A DNA stretch of 64,000 bases from Candidatus Spyradenecus sp. (GCA_045613865.1 JAZLBT010000026.1:5001-69000), one strand, 5' to 3'; shown: positions 28,354 to 39,353, numbered from the stretch's first letter. Numbers and translations: made by a program. The notes: generated by a model from the sequence alone, not told the origin.

Positions 28354-29547
28354 ATGGATAAGGTTGATCTTGAAAAAGATGAACCCGCACCTTTTATTGA
28401 GGTGGATTGGTTCAATCGCCATAAATTTCGCAAAGTTTGCAGTGGTGACATCTTCTTGAGTGAACGTCAAAAGGATGGCTCTGTCGTTGCGGTATTAACC
28501 GACGGCCTTGGGAGTGGTCAGCAAGCCAATGTCTGCGCATCACTAACAGCGACAATGGCAATGGAATACATGCGTGCAAACATTGGCCTTCGACGCGCAG
28601 CAACGTTGATTATGGATGCACTTCCCATCTGTCCTCAACGTCACATCACCTACTCCACATTTACAATGGTACACGCTTTCCCTGAAGGTGAAGTACGTCT
28701 TATTGAATACGAAAATCCACCTGCCGTCCTCCTCCGAGACACGGAACACGTTGACATCCCTCGAACAACCTATGCCCTTCCCCGTTGGGATGGACGCCAC
28801 CTTTCCTACGCGACCTTCCAAATGAAGCGCGGCGATCGCCTCTTCTTCTGTTCTGATGGTATTACACAGGCAGGTCTTGGAGAAGAAGGTACACCCTTTG
28901 GTCAAGGACTTGAACGTGTTATTCCTTGGTTACAAGAAGCAATTGAAATTGCAGACGATGTTGATGCACATATTCTTTGCAAAGGCGCGGCAGATCGTGC
29001 AACCCGCCTTGATGGTGGGCGTGCCGGTGATGACACAACGGCAGCTATGCTCCATTATAGAACGCCACGTCTTACACAAATGCTCACGGGCTGTCCTTTT
29101 GATAAGAATTATGATGCAACCTTTGCTGCACTTGCAACACGCCCTGGAATTAAGACGATTATCTCTGGAGGCTCTACGTCGGATTTAGTTGCGCGTGAAC
29201 TCAATCGTCCCATTGAAACTCCCCTCACGGGTCTCGACCCAGAAGTCCCCGCAGGCTCTGAAATTCCAGGTATTGAACTCGTTACAGAAGGGTGTGTGAC
29301 CCTTTCAAAGGTGATTGACCTTTTGCGGAATCCAGGTCCCGATGCACGTGTAAATCCTGCAACAAAAATGCGAGACTTACTCCTCAAATCAGATCGCATC
29401 TTTATTGATGTTGGTACAGCAATTAATCCTGCGCACCAAGATCCGAACCTACCGGTCTCATTGGATATCCGTCGAAACATTGTTCGACAATTAGCCGATG
29501 TTCTTATTACACAATATGTAAAAGACGTGGAAGTCAACTTCCATTAA
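28354..29547 (+). CDS. SpoIIE-family Ser/Thr phosphatase (HfsC-like)
   Basis: CSGD, DGLGSG, SDGITQ, DDTT, VTEG, AINPAHQ. Confidence 0.9.
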   Translation: MDKVDLEKDEPAPFIEVDWFNRHKFRKVCSGDIFLSERQKDGSVVAVLTDGLGSGQQANVCASLTATMAMEYMRANIGLRRAATLIMDALPICPQRHITYSTFTMVHAFPEGEVRLIEYENPPAVLLRDTEHVDIPRTTYALPRWDGRHLSYATFQMKRGDRLFFCSDGITQAGLGEEGTPFGQGLERVIPWLQEAIEIADDVDAHILCKGAADRATRLDGGRAGDDTTAAMLHYRTPRLTQMLTGCPFDKNYDATFAALATRPGIKTIISGGSTSDLVARELNRPIETPLTGLDPEVPAGSEIPGIELVTEGCVTLSKVIDLLRNPGPDARVNPATKMRDLLLKSDRIFIDVGTAINPAHQDPNLPVSLDIRRNIVRQLADVLITQYVKDVEVNFH

Positions 29548-29569
29548 TGAAAATGAAAGTCTCTCAAAC

Positions 29570-29597
29570 AAAAACCGCGTGTGATGCACGCGGTTTT
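29570..29597. terminator. bidirectional terminator
   Basis: aaaaccgcgtg..cacgcggtttt between convergent genes. Confidence 0.85.
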
Positions 29598-29610
29598 ATT
29601 CTAAAATGAA

Positions 29611-31152
29611 TTAACGTTCACGCTGATAAGGTCGCTTTGAGTTGTACCGACGCATGGGATAACGGACTTCATGGCGACGCGCTGAAGGCCCTACCGTTGC
29701 AGGCTTCTCAATAATACGTGGAAGCGCTTCAAGTCGTGTAAGGAACTCCCTTGCTTTTGCACCTTCATAATGCGTTAATTCAAGGGCAATCTTCTCACGC
29801 AAATAGTCCTTCTCCGCCTGTTCACCCCAGTGTGACAACATTTCATAACGATAGAGCTGCAACTCAATTAGACGCTCCTTCACGGAATCCGAGATGTTGG
29901 GATTCCAAAAGAGCACTTCAAACTTCGAGACAATCCGTTCCATTTCACGAAATGCAGGACCATTTCGTCTATGTTGGGTTTGTAAACGCATATACTCATC
30001 ATAGAATTCAAGCGCCTTCTCAACAATCGGTCCATCATCTGGATAACGGCCTAATGTTCGCTCCGCAAGATCAAGCACACGTGCAAACTGAATCTGTTCT
30101 TCACGCGTTGTATGCGGTTGTGAAGGCAAGGTACACGCTTCTAAAAGGTGACGCGCATGTAATCGTTGCGCTGTGGCAATTGATGAGGAAACTCCAACCA
30201 TCGCCAATCCCATCAAGGCAAGAATAATGAGTACGCCATAAATAGGATTACGACGTATCCACAATCCCATACGTGTAACAATCGTTGGGCGAGCAGCCAT
30301 CACCGGTCGGCAGCGAATCCAACGCATAAGATCATCTGCCACATCACTAATCTGAGCATAACGCTGCTTTGGCTCTTTCTCAATGCAATGTTGAAGAATC
30401 GCATTCAACGCCTTAGGCGCTTTAAAACCTGACGTGCGAATAAGCTCACGCAAAAGAATTCCGAACGAGTAGATATCCGATTGCACTGTATTCTCACCAC
30501 GTTCTCGCCGTTCAGGGGCAAGATAAGCTGGCGTTCCCGAAACATTTTCCTTAGCTTCAATCATTTGCTGACCGCCACCGAGAGCATAGGCAATCCCAAA
30601 GTCCCCCACATGGACGTCTCCCGATTGATCAACAAAGACATTAGCAGGTTTAATATCACGGTGTAAAACGCCACACTGATGGGCATAAGCAAGAGCATTC
30701 GCCACCTTTACACAAGTCATAGCAAGATGTCGTAAGTCTTTGAATGCAACCTTGTCAAGCGTTGTACCATCAACAAGTTCCATCGCATAGAAGTAACGTC
30801 CGTTACATTCACCTGCACTTAATACCTTCACGATACCAGGATGGTGAAGCATTGCGATAAGCTTTGATTCTCGTTCAAATTGAAGACGATCTTGATCATT
30901 CTTCACCAATTCACGTGCGAGAACTTTAACCGCGACCTGACGTTCAAGTGAAAGCTGCTCAGCGACATACACCGTTCCCATGCCGCCTCGCCCTAATACT
31001 CGCAAAAGACGAAAATCCTTCGGCTCAAGAGAGGGGAAATCGACCTCAGGCCATTCTGTCAAACGCTGCGATTGTGTTCGTGCATACTGATTAAGATGCG
31101 TCACAAGATCTTGAAGACCTTCAGGGATCTCTTCCACAAATTCATCACTCAT
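29611..31152 (-). CDS. membrane Ser/Thr protein kinase
   Basis: GRGGMG, VAVK, HRDIKPAN, DFG, GTPAYLAPE, TM segment. Confidence 0.93.
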   Translation of the reverse strand: MSDEFVEEIPEGLQDLVTHLNQYARTQSQRLTEWPEVDFPSLEPKDFRLLRVLGRGGMGTVYVAEQLSLERQVAVKVLARELVKNDQDRLQFERESKLIAMLHHPGIVKVLSAGECNGRYFYAMELVDGTTLDKVAFKDLRHLAMTCVKVANALAYAHQCGVLHRDIKPANVFVDQSGDVHVGDFGIAYALGGGQQMIEAKENVSGTPAYLAPERRERGENTVQSDIYSFGILLRELIRTSGFKAPKALNAILQHCIEKEPKQRYAQISDVADDLMRWIRCRPVMAARPTIVTRMGLWIRRNPIYGVLIILALMGLAMVGVSSSIATAQRLHARHLLEACTLPSQPHTTREEQIQFARVLDLAERTLGRYPDDGPIVEKALEFYDEYMRLQTQHRRNGPAFREMERIVSKFEVLFWNPNISDSVKERLIELQLYRYEMLSHWGEQAEKDYLREKIALELTHYEGAKAREFLTRLEALPRIIEKPATVGPSARRHEVRYPMRRYNSKRPYQRER

Positions 31153-31739
31153 GACTTAAACTCCGTGAACTCTCGCAACGCACCTTGAAGGCGTTCCAAC
31201 GCACGCACATAACGAATACTTGCTGCCTTTGGTGAAAGATTAAGAACACGTGCACAAGCCTCGTTAGACATATCATCAAAATGACGCATTTCAATAATTT
31301 GACGATCATTCTCAGAGAGCGTCTTTAACGCCTGCCGAAGAAGTGCATATTGATCCTTACGTGCAACAAATGTAAGTGGCCCCGTAACCTCCCCTTCAAT
31401 CTCGCTCAAACATGCACCTGCAGACGAAACATCCGTTCGCGTATCCTGAAATCGTTCCTCTCGATAAACATCGCGCCGCTCTGAACGCAAATGAAAACGT
31501 TGGATGTCGGTCAATGTTTGAAAGAACAACACACGTAATCGAAAATAAAGGGGCACCTCATGATTTGTTGTGAAAAAGTCCTCACGTTTACACGCACGAG
31601 CAAAAACATCCTGTACAAGATCTTCGGGAGAAAGACGTTGAAGAAGAATGGGATTCAGATACCGCCGTGCAAGCAAAAGCAATTGGTCTTTATATTCAAC
31701 CAATGCCTCCATATGTGATGTTTGATGCGCTTCTTCCAT
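31149..31739 (-). CDS. ECF sigma factor (kinase-associated type)
   Basis: EDLVQD region 2; region 4 with RYVRALERL; overlaps the kinase by 4 nt. Confidence 0.9.
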   Translation of the reverse strand: MEEAHQTSHMEALVEYKDQLLLLARRYLNPILLQRLSPEDLVQDVFARACKREDFFTTNHEVPLYFRLRVLFFQTLTDIQRFHLRSERRDVYREERFQDTRTDVSSAGACLSEIEGEVTGPLTFVARKDQYALLRQALKTLSENDRQIIEMRHFDDMSNEACARVLNLSPKAASIRYVRALERLQGALREFTEFKS

Positions 31740-31797
31740 AATGTACTCCCAACTTTCTTATAGAACGTCACGCGAGGTCACCAACCTACATCTTATT

Positions 31798-33153
31798 TTA
31801 ATTAACCGTCACATCAATCGCGCCATCCGCAAAGCGAACATTTAACGTCTCACCCTGTTGAACCTTCTGAGTTGAGGCAATAACCTCACCCTTGGCATTC
31901 GTCGTTAACGTATACCCTCGCTTCAACACCTCAAAGGGATTATAGGCATTTAACTTTGTCTGCAAAGACCCCAAGTGATGCGTTGCACGCTCAATTGATC
32001 GCTCCATCAAATGCGACAAATGCGTTAACCGCAATTCCATTTGTTGCTGCGCCCGCGCCAACATACGCGTACCAATTTGCTCAAAGAAAAAATGCGTTGT
32101 CGTAAAACGCTTCTGAAGCTGAGTCAACTGCTGTTGAAAGAGTGCATCCAAACGATGCTCTGCGATATCCACACGTTGCGAGCGCATCTCAAGATACTGT
32201 CGTGGATCACGGAAAAGTGGCGAACGTTCACAAGCCTGCAAGCGATTGCGCGCATCACGATAACTCACACGCATTGCCTGAAGTAAACGCGTCTTAATAT
32301 CCTCAACCCGCTTTTCAATATCCTCCTTACGACCACATATTAACTCTGCAGCAGCAGAAGGCGTTGGCGCACGTAAATCCGCAACAAAGTCTGTAATCGC
32401 AATATCAGGCTCATGCCCAACAGCAGAAATCACAGGAATTTTCGAAGCAGCCACTGCACGCGCAACGCGCTCTTCATTAAAACACCACAAGTCTTCTAAC
32501 GAACCGCCCCCACGCCCAACAATCATGGCATCCATCGGTTCATCACTCTCAGGACCAAAATGACGATTCAACAACTCAATCGCTTGGGCAATTTCCTCAA
32601 TTGCCTCCGTTCCCTGCACACGACAAGGTGAGAGAATAATATGCAAATGAGGATAACGACGATTAAGCACATTCAGAATATCACGAATCGCTGCGCCAAC
32701 AGGCGAAGTCACAATTCCAATACGCTTAGGCAATAATGGAATCGGACGCTTCCGTTCCTGTGCACACAAGCCCTCGGCATAAAGTTGACGCTTTAGGAGC
32801 TCGAAACGCTTAAGCAAATCACCCATACCATCTGCACGTTCAAGCTTCTCCACACGTATATGGTAACTTCCATGAGGCGGATAAACGCTAATACGTCCCG
32901 TTACCCGAACCTTATCCCCGTTCTTGAACTCAGGGATCTCACCACCATTCTTGCACTGCGCCTTCTGTTGATAAGAAAAGAACGCCGCGGAAAGTTTCGC
33001 CGATTCATCTCCAAGCGTGAAATACAAATGTCCCGATGCATTTTTAGGAAAGAGGTTTGAAACCTCTCCCTCCACCACCATACGCGGAATATCCTCAAGG
33101 CGAACCTTGATGAAATAGGTTGCTTGACTTACAGAGAGGACCTGCTCACTCAT
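31798..33153 (-). CDS. xseA: exodeoxyribonuclease VII large subunit
   Basis: SGHLYF, GRGGGSLEDLW, SAVGHE, PTPSAAAE. Confidence 0.97.
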   Translation of the reverse strand: MSEQVLSVSQATYFIKVRLEDIPRMVVEGEVSNLFPKNASGHLYFTLGDESAKLSAAFFSYQQKAQCKNGGEIPEFKNGDKVRVTGRISVYPPHGSYHIRVEKLERADGMGDLLKRFELLKRQLYAEGLCAQERKRPIPLLPKRIGIVTSPVGAAIRDILNVLNRRYPHLHIILSPCRVQGTEAIEEIAQAIELLNRHFGPESDEPMDAMIVGRGGGSLEDLWCFNEERVARAVAASKIPVISAVGHEPDIAITDFVADLRAPTPSAAAELICGRKEDIEKRVEDIKTRLLQAMRVSYRDARNRLQACERSPLFRDPRQYLEMRSQRVDIAEHRLDALFQQQLTQLQKRFTTTHFFFEQIGTRMLARAQQQMELRLTHLSHLMERSIERATHHLGSLQTKLNAYNPFEVLKRGYTLTTNAKGEVIASTQKVQQGETLNVRFADGAIDVTVN

Positions 33154-34136
33154 TTTTCCGCCACCTTATGCTCCATTGCTTTACGGCGTTGCACATCATC
33201 ATCAATAATTTGATGCGCATCAACAGTTGCCGATTCCGCCACCGGCACGGGTATTTGTTGACCCGCAAACTTCACATAGTCTGCAGCCTTCAGAAAATCC
33301 TGCATTGCCGACCACGCTTGAACATCAACCGGCAACAATGCATGCAATTGATGCAAAAACTCTTCACTCGTCTGTCGCGTCGCACGCAAATGATAAACAC
33401 GCTCAAAGTAACGACGAATAACTGCCGTAAGTTCATAAAAATAACGCCGAACCTCACCCTGTTCAAGCAAATGTTGCGCCATCAACCGCTCAAACTCAAG
33501 CTGTGCACGACGTTCTGGCGGCAACGTCCGTTCCTTCAAATAACGCTGCAACGGCTTCCACCACCAACGCGTACTCACAGCAATTGCGACAAGCAACAAT
33601 GCGATAAGCAACCAACACACATGATCCTTCATCCACTCCCACACATCAACTAAACGCAAAGGCACACGCGCTGCATCACCATTAAAGACCGGCTCCCCCT
33701 CAATCACCGGCAATGGTTGCGGTGTTGGAAAGGTCACACCCGCGACAAGCACTTCTCGAAGGGCCTTCGTCTGTTGGTTTTCCAATAGCAGAACAAAGGG
33801 ATCCAAACGCCAAGGCCCCATTCCATCAAGCGACATACGATAACGCCAAATCGTCTTCCGTTGGGCACCAACAACAAGACTCGACATCTCAAACGATTCA
33901 ACATTATGAAACCCACGCAATTGCTCCACAAGCGCAGTTGGTCGAGGGCGTTCATTCACAGGCGTCAAAAACGTAATCGTCCCTTCAAGGGGTTGCTCAT
34001 AAACTAACGCCTCTGATTTTGTATCAAAAGTGATTGAGATATCCGTGTCACCTTTAACAGGGATGTGCAACGAAAGCCCTGCATGCGCAATCGCCACCCA
34101 CCCCGTTAAACAACACCAAAGAAAGAGCTTTCTCAT
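33150..34136 (-). CDS. BatD/DUF4381-like membrane protein
   Basis: Signal peptide, one TM, RRYFER..QTSEEFL..ADYVKFA. Confidence 0.6.
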   Translation of the reverse strand: MRKLFLWCCLTGWVAIAHAGLSLHIPVKGDTDISITFDTKSEALVYEQPLEGTITFLTPVNERPRPTALVEQLRGFHNVESFEMSSLVVGAQRKTIWRYRMSLDGMGPWRLDPFVLLLENQQTKALREVLVAGVTFPTPQPLPVIEGEPVFNGDAARVPLRLVDVWEWMKDHVCWLLIALLLVAIAVSTRWWWKPLQRYLKERTLPPERRAQLEFERLMAQHLLEQGEVRRYFYELTAVIRRYFERVYHLRATRQTSEEFLHQLHALLPVDVQAWSAMQDFLKAADYVKFAGQQIPVPVAESATVDAHQIIDDDVQRRKAMEHKVAEK

Positions 34137-34155
34137 AAAAGATGCTCCACTCCAT

Positions 34156-34602
34156 TTAATTCAGTTCAAGCATAAACGTGCAAGGGCCATCATTCAAAAG
34201 ACGCACCTTCATATCCGCACCAAAACGACCTGTCCCCAAACGCACCCCAAGTGTCTCACGCAAACGCTGACAACAATAATCATAGAGTGGCTCAGCATGT
34301 TCAGGACGTGCCGCCGTTGAAAACCCAGGTCGATTACCCGACGCTGTATCGGCATAAAGCGTAAACTGCGAAATAAAGAGCACCTTACCCTGCACATCTT
34401 GCACCGAACGATTCATCGCATGCTGCTCATCTTCAAAAATCCGCAACTTCAACAACTTCGCGCACAACTTATCCGCAAGAGCCTTTGTGTCACTCGGTGC
34501 AATTCCACAAAGCACCACCATCCCCTCGCCCTCAAAACCAGCAAGGCATTCACCCTCTACCGTTACTGACGCCTCTGTGACACGCTGAATTAAAAACCGC
34601 AT
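34156..34602 (-). CDS. dtd: D-aminoacyl-tRNA deacylase
   Basis: QRV, SQFTL, GNRPGF, NDGP. Confidence 0.97.
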   Translation of the reverse strand: MRFLIQRVTEASVTVEGECLAGFEGEGMVVLCGIAPSDTKALADKLCAKLLKLRIFEDEQHAMNRSVQDVQGKVLFISQFTLYADTASGNRPGFSTAARPEHAEPLYDYCCQRLRETLGVRLGTGRFGADMKVRLLNDGPCTFMLELN

Positions 34603-34614
34603 ACGTCCTCCACC

Positions 34615-35766
34615 TTAACGCGAGAGTCGAATGCCGCGTCGAATATACGTCGGCACATCAAGATCTTGGCCATTATAAAGCGTACGTTCCGAATTTGCAA
34701 AATAATCCGATGATGTTGACAAACGTGCCTTATTTCCACCCTTACGCGAACGCTTCGTCGTTCCTGCAATCGGCGTTGTCATCACCGGTTTACCCCCCAC
34801 CTCTGCAGAGGGCAACGTAAAGGCAAAAAGAACAATGCTCAATGTCTCCTGCGTCTGCGGCAAACAGGCCGTACCGAGGAAACTTTCCTTCATCGCACTA
34901 CAATGCCCCTTCACCGCATCCATGATCGTCGTCAACTCACACAACCGCAAATCATCGCCCGCCAAAACACCCACGAGCACCTGCGCAGCATGCGTTAAAC
35001 GTTCACTGCCATCACGTTGAAAACGATTCGACGCTAAAATCTTTTGAATCGCAATTGCTGCACGATCGGGACCCGTCGCCGATGCCTCTGCAAAATAAAA
35101 CGGCAACCCTGCATTTCCTTCTTCTGTTAAGAAACGACGCAAACGCTCAATATCAAAAGCAAAGAAACTCGGTTGCAAAAGCAACGTCCAAAGCAACGTC
35201 AACCCAACACTCAAGCGTTCTGAAGCAATCTTAAAAAGCTGCTCCATCGGTGTTGATGTTGGCAAATCCTCAATCAACAACTCCAGAGGAACCCGCGTCA
35301 TCGCATCAGAATACTGCTCAAGCGAAGGCAAAAGATACGCTGCATTCTGACGCACATCATCACTTTCAAAAGAAAACGGCGACGTTGCAAAACACAATGT
35401 TGCAATCCCCTGCTCACGAAGACGCTCAAGCAACAAACGCGTCGCAGCCGATGTTCCACCGCCCGTACACGTTAAAACAATCGCAAGACGTGGAGAACCA
35501 ATCTGCGCTAAAATCTCCGAAAAATCATCTCGCAAAGCACTCTCACCGAGACGGCGATCGCCCCCCGTACCACGGCCCTGCAAACGCTTTGTACCAAAAA
35601 TGGTTGTCTTTATCCCTGTCGTCGGTGGAATGCACTCTAACGTTGCATCCTCAGTATCAAGCACAAGCGTCTGCATCGGCAACTTCGCACGCGACACAGC
35701 ATGCAATGCAACCTTCGCCGCCGCACTACCAATCGAAATAAAAATCAAATCATCTGCCGTCATCAT
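34615..35766 (-). CDS. ftsZ: divergent FtsZ
   Basis: Follows ftsA; GRGTGGD, GGGTS, PFSFE, C-terminal DLDVPTYIR. Confidence 0.8.
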   Translation of the reverse strand: MMTADDLIFISIGSAAAKVALHAVSRAKLPMQTLVLDTEDATLECIPPTTGIKTTIFGTKRLQGRGTGGDRRLGESALRDDFSEILAQIGSPRLAIVLTCTGGGTSAATRLLLERLREQGIATLCFATSPFSFESDDVRQNAAYLLPSLEQYSDAMTRVPLELLIEDLPTSTPMEQLFKIASERLSVGLTLLWTLLLQPSFFAFDIERLRRFLTEEGNAGLPFYFAEASATGPDRAAIAIQKILASNRFQRDGSERLTHAAQVLVGVLAGDDLRLCELTTIMDAVKGHCSAMKESFLGTACLPQTQETLSIVLFAFTLPSAEVGGKPVMTTPIAGTTKRSRKGGNKARLSTSSDYFANSERTLYNGQDLDVPTYIRRGIRLSR

Positions 35767-35774
35767 GCACCTCT

Positions 35775-36971
35775 TTAATGCCTAAAATAATTCGCAATAC
35801 GATGAAGTAGCGAAGAACGAGGCGCCATTTGTGCAAGCATACTTGCGCGGAACTTTAAAAGCCCCACACCCGTTGCATGAAGATAAGGTTCATCACGAAT
35901 CTCATCCGTCAAATCCACATCCGTCGGCACACCCAAACGACACGGACATTGGAAAATCTGCGAAGCACGCTCGGCAATACCTGGCAATGCCGCAGTTCCA
36001 CCCGTTAAGAAAATCCCTCCGTGAATGTGATGAAGAATATTTCGCTCCGCAAGTGCATCATGTACAATTCGCAACAACTCATCAACACGTTCCGTTGTCA
36101 CCGTCTGAATTGCATGCACCGAAACCGAACGTTGCGAAGAGCCCAACACCTGATCGAGCGGGTAACGATCACGCGCAAGATCCGGTTGCAACATTGCCGC
36201 ACCATGCGCCAACTTCATCTCCTCAGCCTTCTTTTGTGGCACCTGAAAAGCCGTTGCGAGATCCGTTGTCAAATGCGCGCCACCCACACCAAGCGTCCCC
36301 GTCGTTGCAATAATGCCATTATTCACGACCACATAATCCGTGATACCTGCGCCAATATCAATCACAATTGCGCCCTCATCACGCATCTTCGCATCAACCA
36401 CAGCCTCCATCGCAGCAACACCCGAAAAGTAAATATCGACCATTCGAAGTCCCGCACGATGCACCGCAGTCTTAATCGCCTCATAAGAAGAACGTGGCGC
36501 CATCAAATCAAGCACATTTGCCACCAAATTCGTTCCCATCATACCAAGTGGCGTACTCACAGGTTGGCCATTCACCGTATACTTCTGGCGAAAACGTTGA
36601 ATCGAGACCTCCGTTGCATCTGGTTCTTCCTGTGCAGTAGCATTTGCTTCAGCATCTGCAACATCCTGCTCATCAATCTCATGGCCCGAGAGAATCATTT
36701 TATGCCCCTCGCGCATCTGAACCAACAACGACGGCGATGTGAAACTAATCACCACATCATACAAATCAATCTTATGCTCCGTCGCCATCTTCTTCTGGAC
36801 CGACATAATATTTTTGACAATATCATCAATACTACGAATCGTTCCCTTACGCATATTCACCGTGGCGATTGAACTACACGCAAAAATCTTCAACTTCTGA
36901 TTCACCACCTCGCCCGCGTACAACCGCGTCATCGAAGTGCCAATATCAAGTGCACCAATTACATAACCCAT
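35775..36971 (-). CDS. ftsA: cell division protein FtsA
   Basis: LDIGTS, DIGAGITD, VGGAHLTTD, LTGG. Confidence 0.93.
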   Translation of the reverse strand: MGYVIGALDIGTSMTRLYAGEVVNQKLKIFACSSIATVNMRKGTIRSIDDIVKNIMSVQKKMATEHKIDLYDVVISFTSPSLLVQMREGHKMILSGHEIDEQDVADAEANATAQEEPDATEVSIQRFRQKYTVNGQPVSTPLGMMGTNLVANVLDLMAPRSSYEAIKTAVHRAGLRMVDIYFSGVAAMEAVVDAKMRDEGAIVIDIGAGITDYVVVNNGIIATTGTLGVGGAHLTTDLATAFQVPQKKAEEMKLAHGAAMLQPDLARDRYPLDQVLGSSQRSVSVHAIQTVTTERVDELLRIVHDALAERNILHHIHGGIFLTGGTAALPGIAERASQIFQCPCRLGVPTDVDLTDEIRDEPYLHATGVGLLKFRASMLAQMAPRSSLLHRIANYFRH

Positions 36972-36980
36972 AAAAACCTC

Positions 36981-37925
36981 TTACTCAGGAATCTTTGCTG
37001 AAACCTGCTTCTTCTCGCCATAAACCGCAGAGAATTCCATAAAATCACGTCCATCTGGGCTTGCCAGCACGCCATTCAAATCCGCCAACAACTCCAACAT
37101 CTTTGGAGACGCTGCCGTTTCATACTCCATGCCTGCCCACTGCATCATAATCCGACGCCCATTATAAAGATAAACATAAATGCCATCCTCAGGTGCTAAC
37201 CCTCTAAAACGCACCTGCTTAATTCCACCGGGCAAACGCGAACGCTCCACCGCGCGACGATCCGCATCCAACAAATGCAAAATACAATTATATGCCTTTG
37301 GCAACTGCGCCCCAGGCTCAAGATTCAAATGATCCCCCAAAAGCACCATCGTCGACCATCCTCGCGAACCATGCGACACCGGCCGAAAGACAACCCCATC
37401 CAAATCCGCTACCATCCGCGAATGATTCGCCGTCTCAAACGAAACAATCGGTTGACGCTCCGTAATCATCAACTCCACCTTATGATCAATCGAATTATAC
37501 CGCATCCGAACATCCTTGATACTCGGCATATCCCGCTTCAAACGCGCCACCAAATCCGACGTCACCAAATCAAAACCACAAATCTTCTTACTTCCATCCG
37601 GCTGCACAATTACCGCATCCATCCGATGAATCGTTGCCTGCACATACTCCTCCAAAATCTCTCGGCGAAGCATCGAATTCCCTTGAATCGAAACATCCTT
37701 AGGCGAAATATAAAAGGTCGGATTATGACGATAATACGCCGTCTTAAACCCCGAAAAGATTGCCGTCGGCAACCCAATCAAAATCGTTAAAAACAAAAAC
37801 ACAAGCACCTTCCGATGATGACGCTCCCAAAAAAGCCCCAACATCGCCAAAAAACGCTCCCTCGCCGTCTTCGGCACACGCTTAACAACCGTTCGTTTAG
37901 AAGAAATAGGTGTAAAACGATCCAT
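36981..37925 (-). CDS. ftsQ: FtsQ/DivIB-like protein
   Basis: Single TM, POTRA-like region, ITERQP; lies between ddl and ftsA. Confidence 0.7.
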   Translation of the reverse strand: MDRFTPISSKRTVVKRVPKTARERFLAMLGLFWERHHRKVLVFLFLTILIGLPTAIFSGFKTAYYRHNPTFYISPKDVSIQGNSMLRREILEEYVQATIHRMDAVIVQPDGSKKICGFDLVTSDLVARLKRDMPSIKDVRMRYNSIDHKVELMITERQPIVSFETANHSRMVADLDGVVFRPVSHGSRGWSTMVLLGDHLNLEPGAQLPKAYNCILHLLDADRRAVERSRLPGGIKQVRFRGLAPEDGIYVYLYNGRRIMMQWAGMEYETAASPKMLELLADLNGVLASPDGRDFMEFSAVYGEKKQVSAKIPE

Positions 37926-37936
37926 CCCAAACTCCC

Positions 37937-38845
37937 TTAAACATCCACCTCTGCACGCTCAATCAACGATGCGCACAACTGCGGGAACGCAATCCCCGCC
38001 CGTGCGGCTGCATCCGGCATTAAACTCGTAGCCGTACACCCTGGCGCAGTATTAATCTCCAAAATAAAAGGCTCGCCCGACGCCGTTAAACGAAAATCCA
38101 CTCGCACAGCGCCACGACATCCCGTCGCAAAACACGCACGCTCCGCCAAACGTTGCAAACGCTCCATCATCGCATCCTGCTCGGGATAAACATGCGCCGA
38201 CACCCCAGGCGTATACTTCGCATGAAAATCATACCATCCCCCTGGTGCAAGAATCTCCACCACGGGCAACGCCTGCCCATGCACCACACTCACCGCCAAC
38301 TCACGCCCCTCAATATAACGTTCACACAACGCCTCACCATGCGCATCCTGCGCACATGCCAACGTTACCGCCTCAGCCCATTGAGCAGGCTCCGTCACCT
38401 TCGAAAGTCCAACACTCGAACCATCCCGCGGTGGCTTCACCACCACAGGCAATGGGAAAGGCGCCCCCTTTGCGCAATCCGCCACCGTCACCAGCTGCCC
38501 CATCGGCACAGGAAGCCCCGCAGCAGCCAACACCTGCTTCGTTGCCTCCTTATCCATACACAATGCACTTGCCCTAGCACCTGGACCTGTATACGGCAAC
38601 CGAAGCGCATTCAAATCCGCTTGAATACCACCCCCTTCACCATATCCACCGTGAAGCGCAATATAAACAGCCTCCACATCACGCGGCAACGCTGCCAACG
38701 AATCCTCGTGCAACACCACCTCAACAACCTCATAACCAGCCGTCCGTAACGCCTCGGCCACTGCTGCACCAGAACGCAATGAAACCTCCGCCTCATTCGA
38801 CGTACCACCCATAACAACAGCAACGCGTTTCAACATCTCGCCCAT
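37937..38845 (-). CDS. ddl: D-alanine--D-alanine ligase
   Basis: GGTSNEAEVSL, LHGGYGE, GSSVG, EINTAPG. Confidence 0.96.
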   Translation of the reverse strand: MGEMLKRVAVVMGGTSNEAEVSLRSGAAVAEALRTAGYEVVEVVLHEDSLAALPRDVEAVYIALHGGYGEGGGIQADLNALRLPYTGPGARASALCMDKEATKQVLAAAGLPVPMGQLVTVADCAKGAPFPLPVVVKPPRDGSSVGLSKVTEPAQWAEAVTLACAQDAHGEALCERYIEGRELAVSVVHGQALPVVEILAPGGWYDFHAKYTPGVSAHVYPEQDAMMERLQRLAERACFATGCRGAVRVDFRLTASGEPFILEINTAPGCTATSLMPDAAARAGIAFPQLCASLIERAEVDV

Positions 38846-39309
38846 AACCTCTTCAATCCTTGCGCAAGCAAAAGTACATTCATTATTTATGATAGCAAAA
38901 AAAAGAGAAAAAAGATAGCAAACATTTCAAAAATCCCCACCTTTGAATATTGCACAATAGTGCCGCGGTGGTAAGAAAAAGCCTTCACAGAAGAAATACT
39001 GGAATTACAAGAAATTCTTGTTAATTACCCTAGCCCCTCACAATACAACAAGGAACTCGTAACATGAAAATATTCAACCTTTTTCCCCGTACCCCCCGCG
39101 ATTTAACTTGCAATTCACAAAAAAATCCCCCCACCCCGCGACCAAAACAGCTAAAAGTTAAAATTAACGATTAACAAACAACTCACTTACACCCACGCAA
39201 GCACATGTTAATAAAACAATTCCGTTAAATACCACCCATCCACAAAGACTTGAAAGTCTTTGTTTAAGCGTTGAGAGTGCATTCAAAATCAGTCGCTATC
39301 ACTTTGAAA

Positions 39310-39353
39310 TTCAAACAGGTGCGGTTTGACGTTCAAACAGGTGCGGTTTGAAA
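39310..39353. repeat. 22-bp tandem repeat x2 (ttcaaacaggtgcggtttga)
   Basis: tcaaacagg at 39311 and 39333. Confidence 0.85.
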
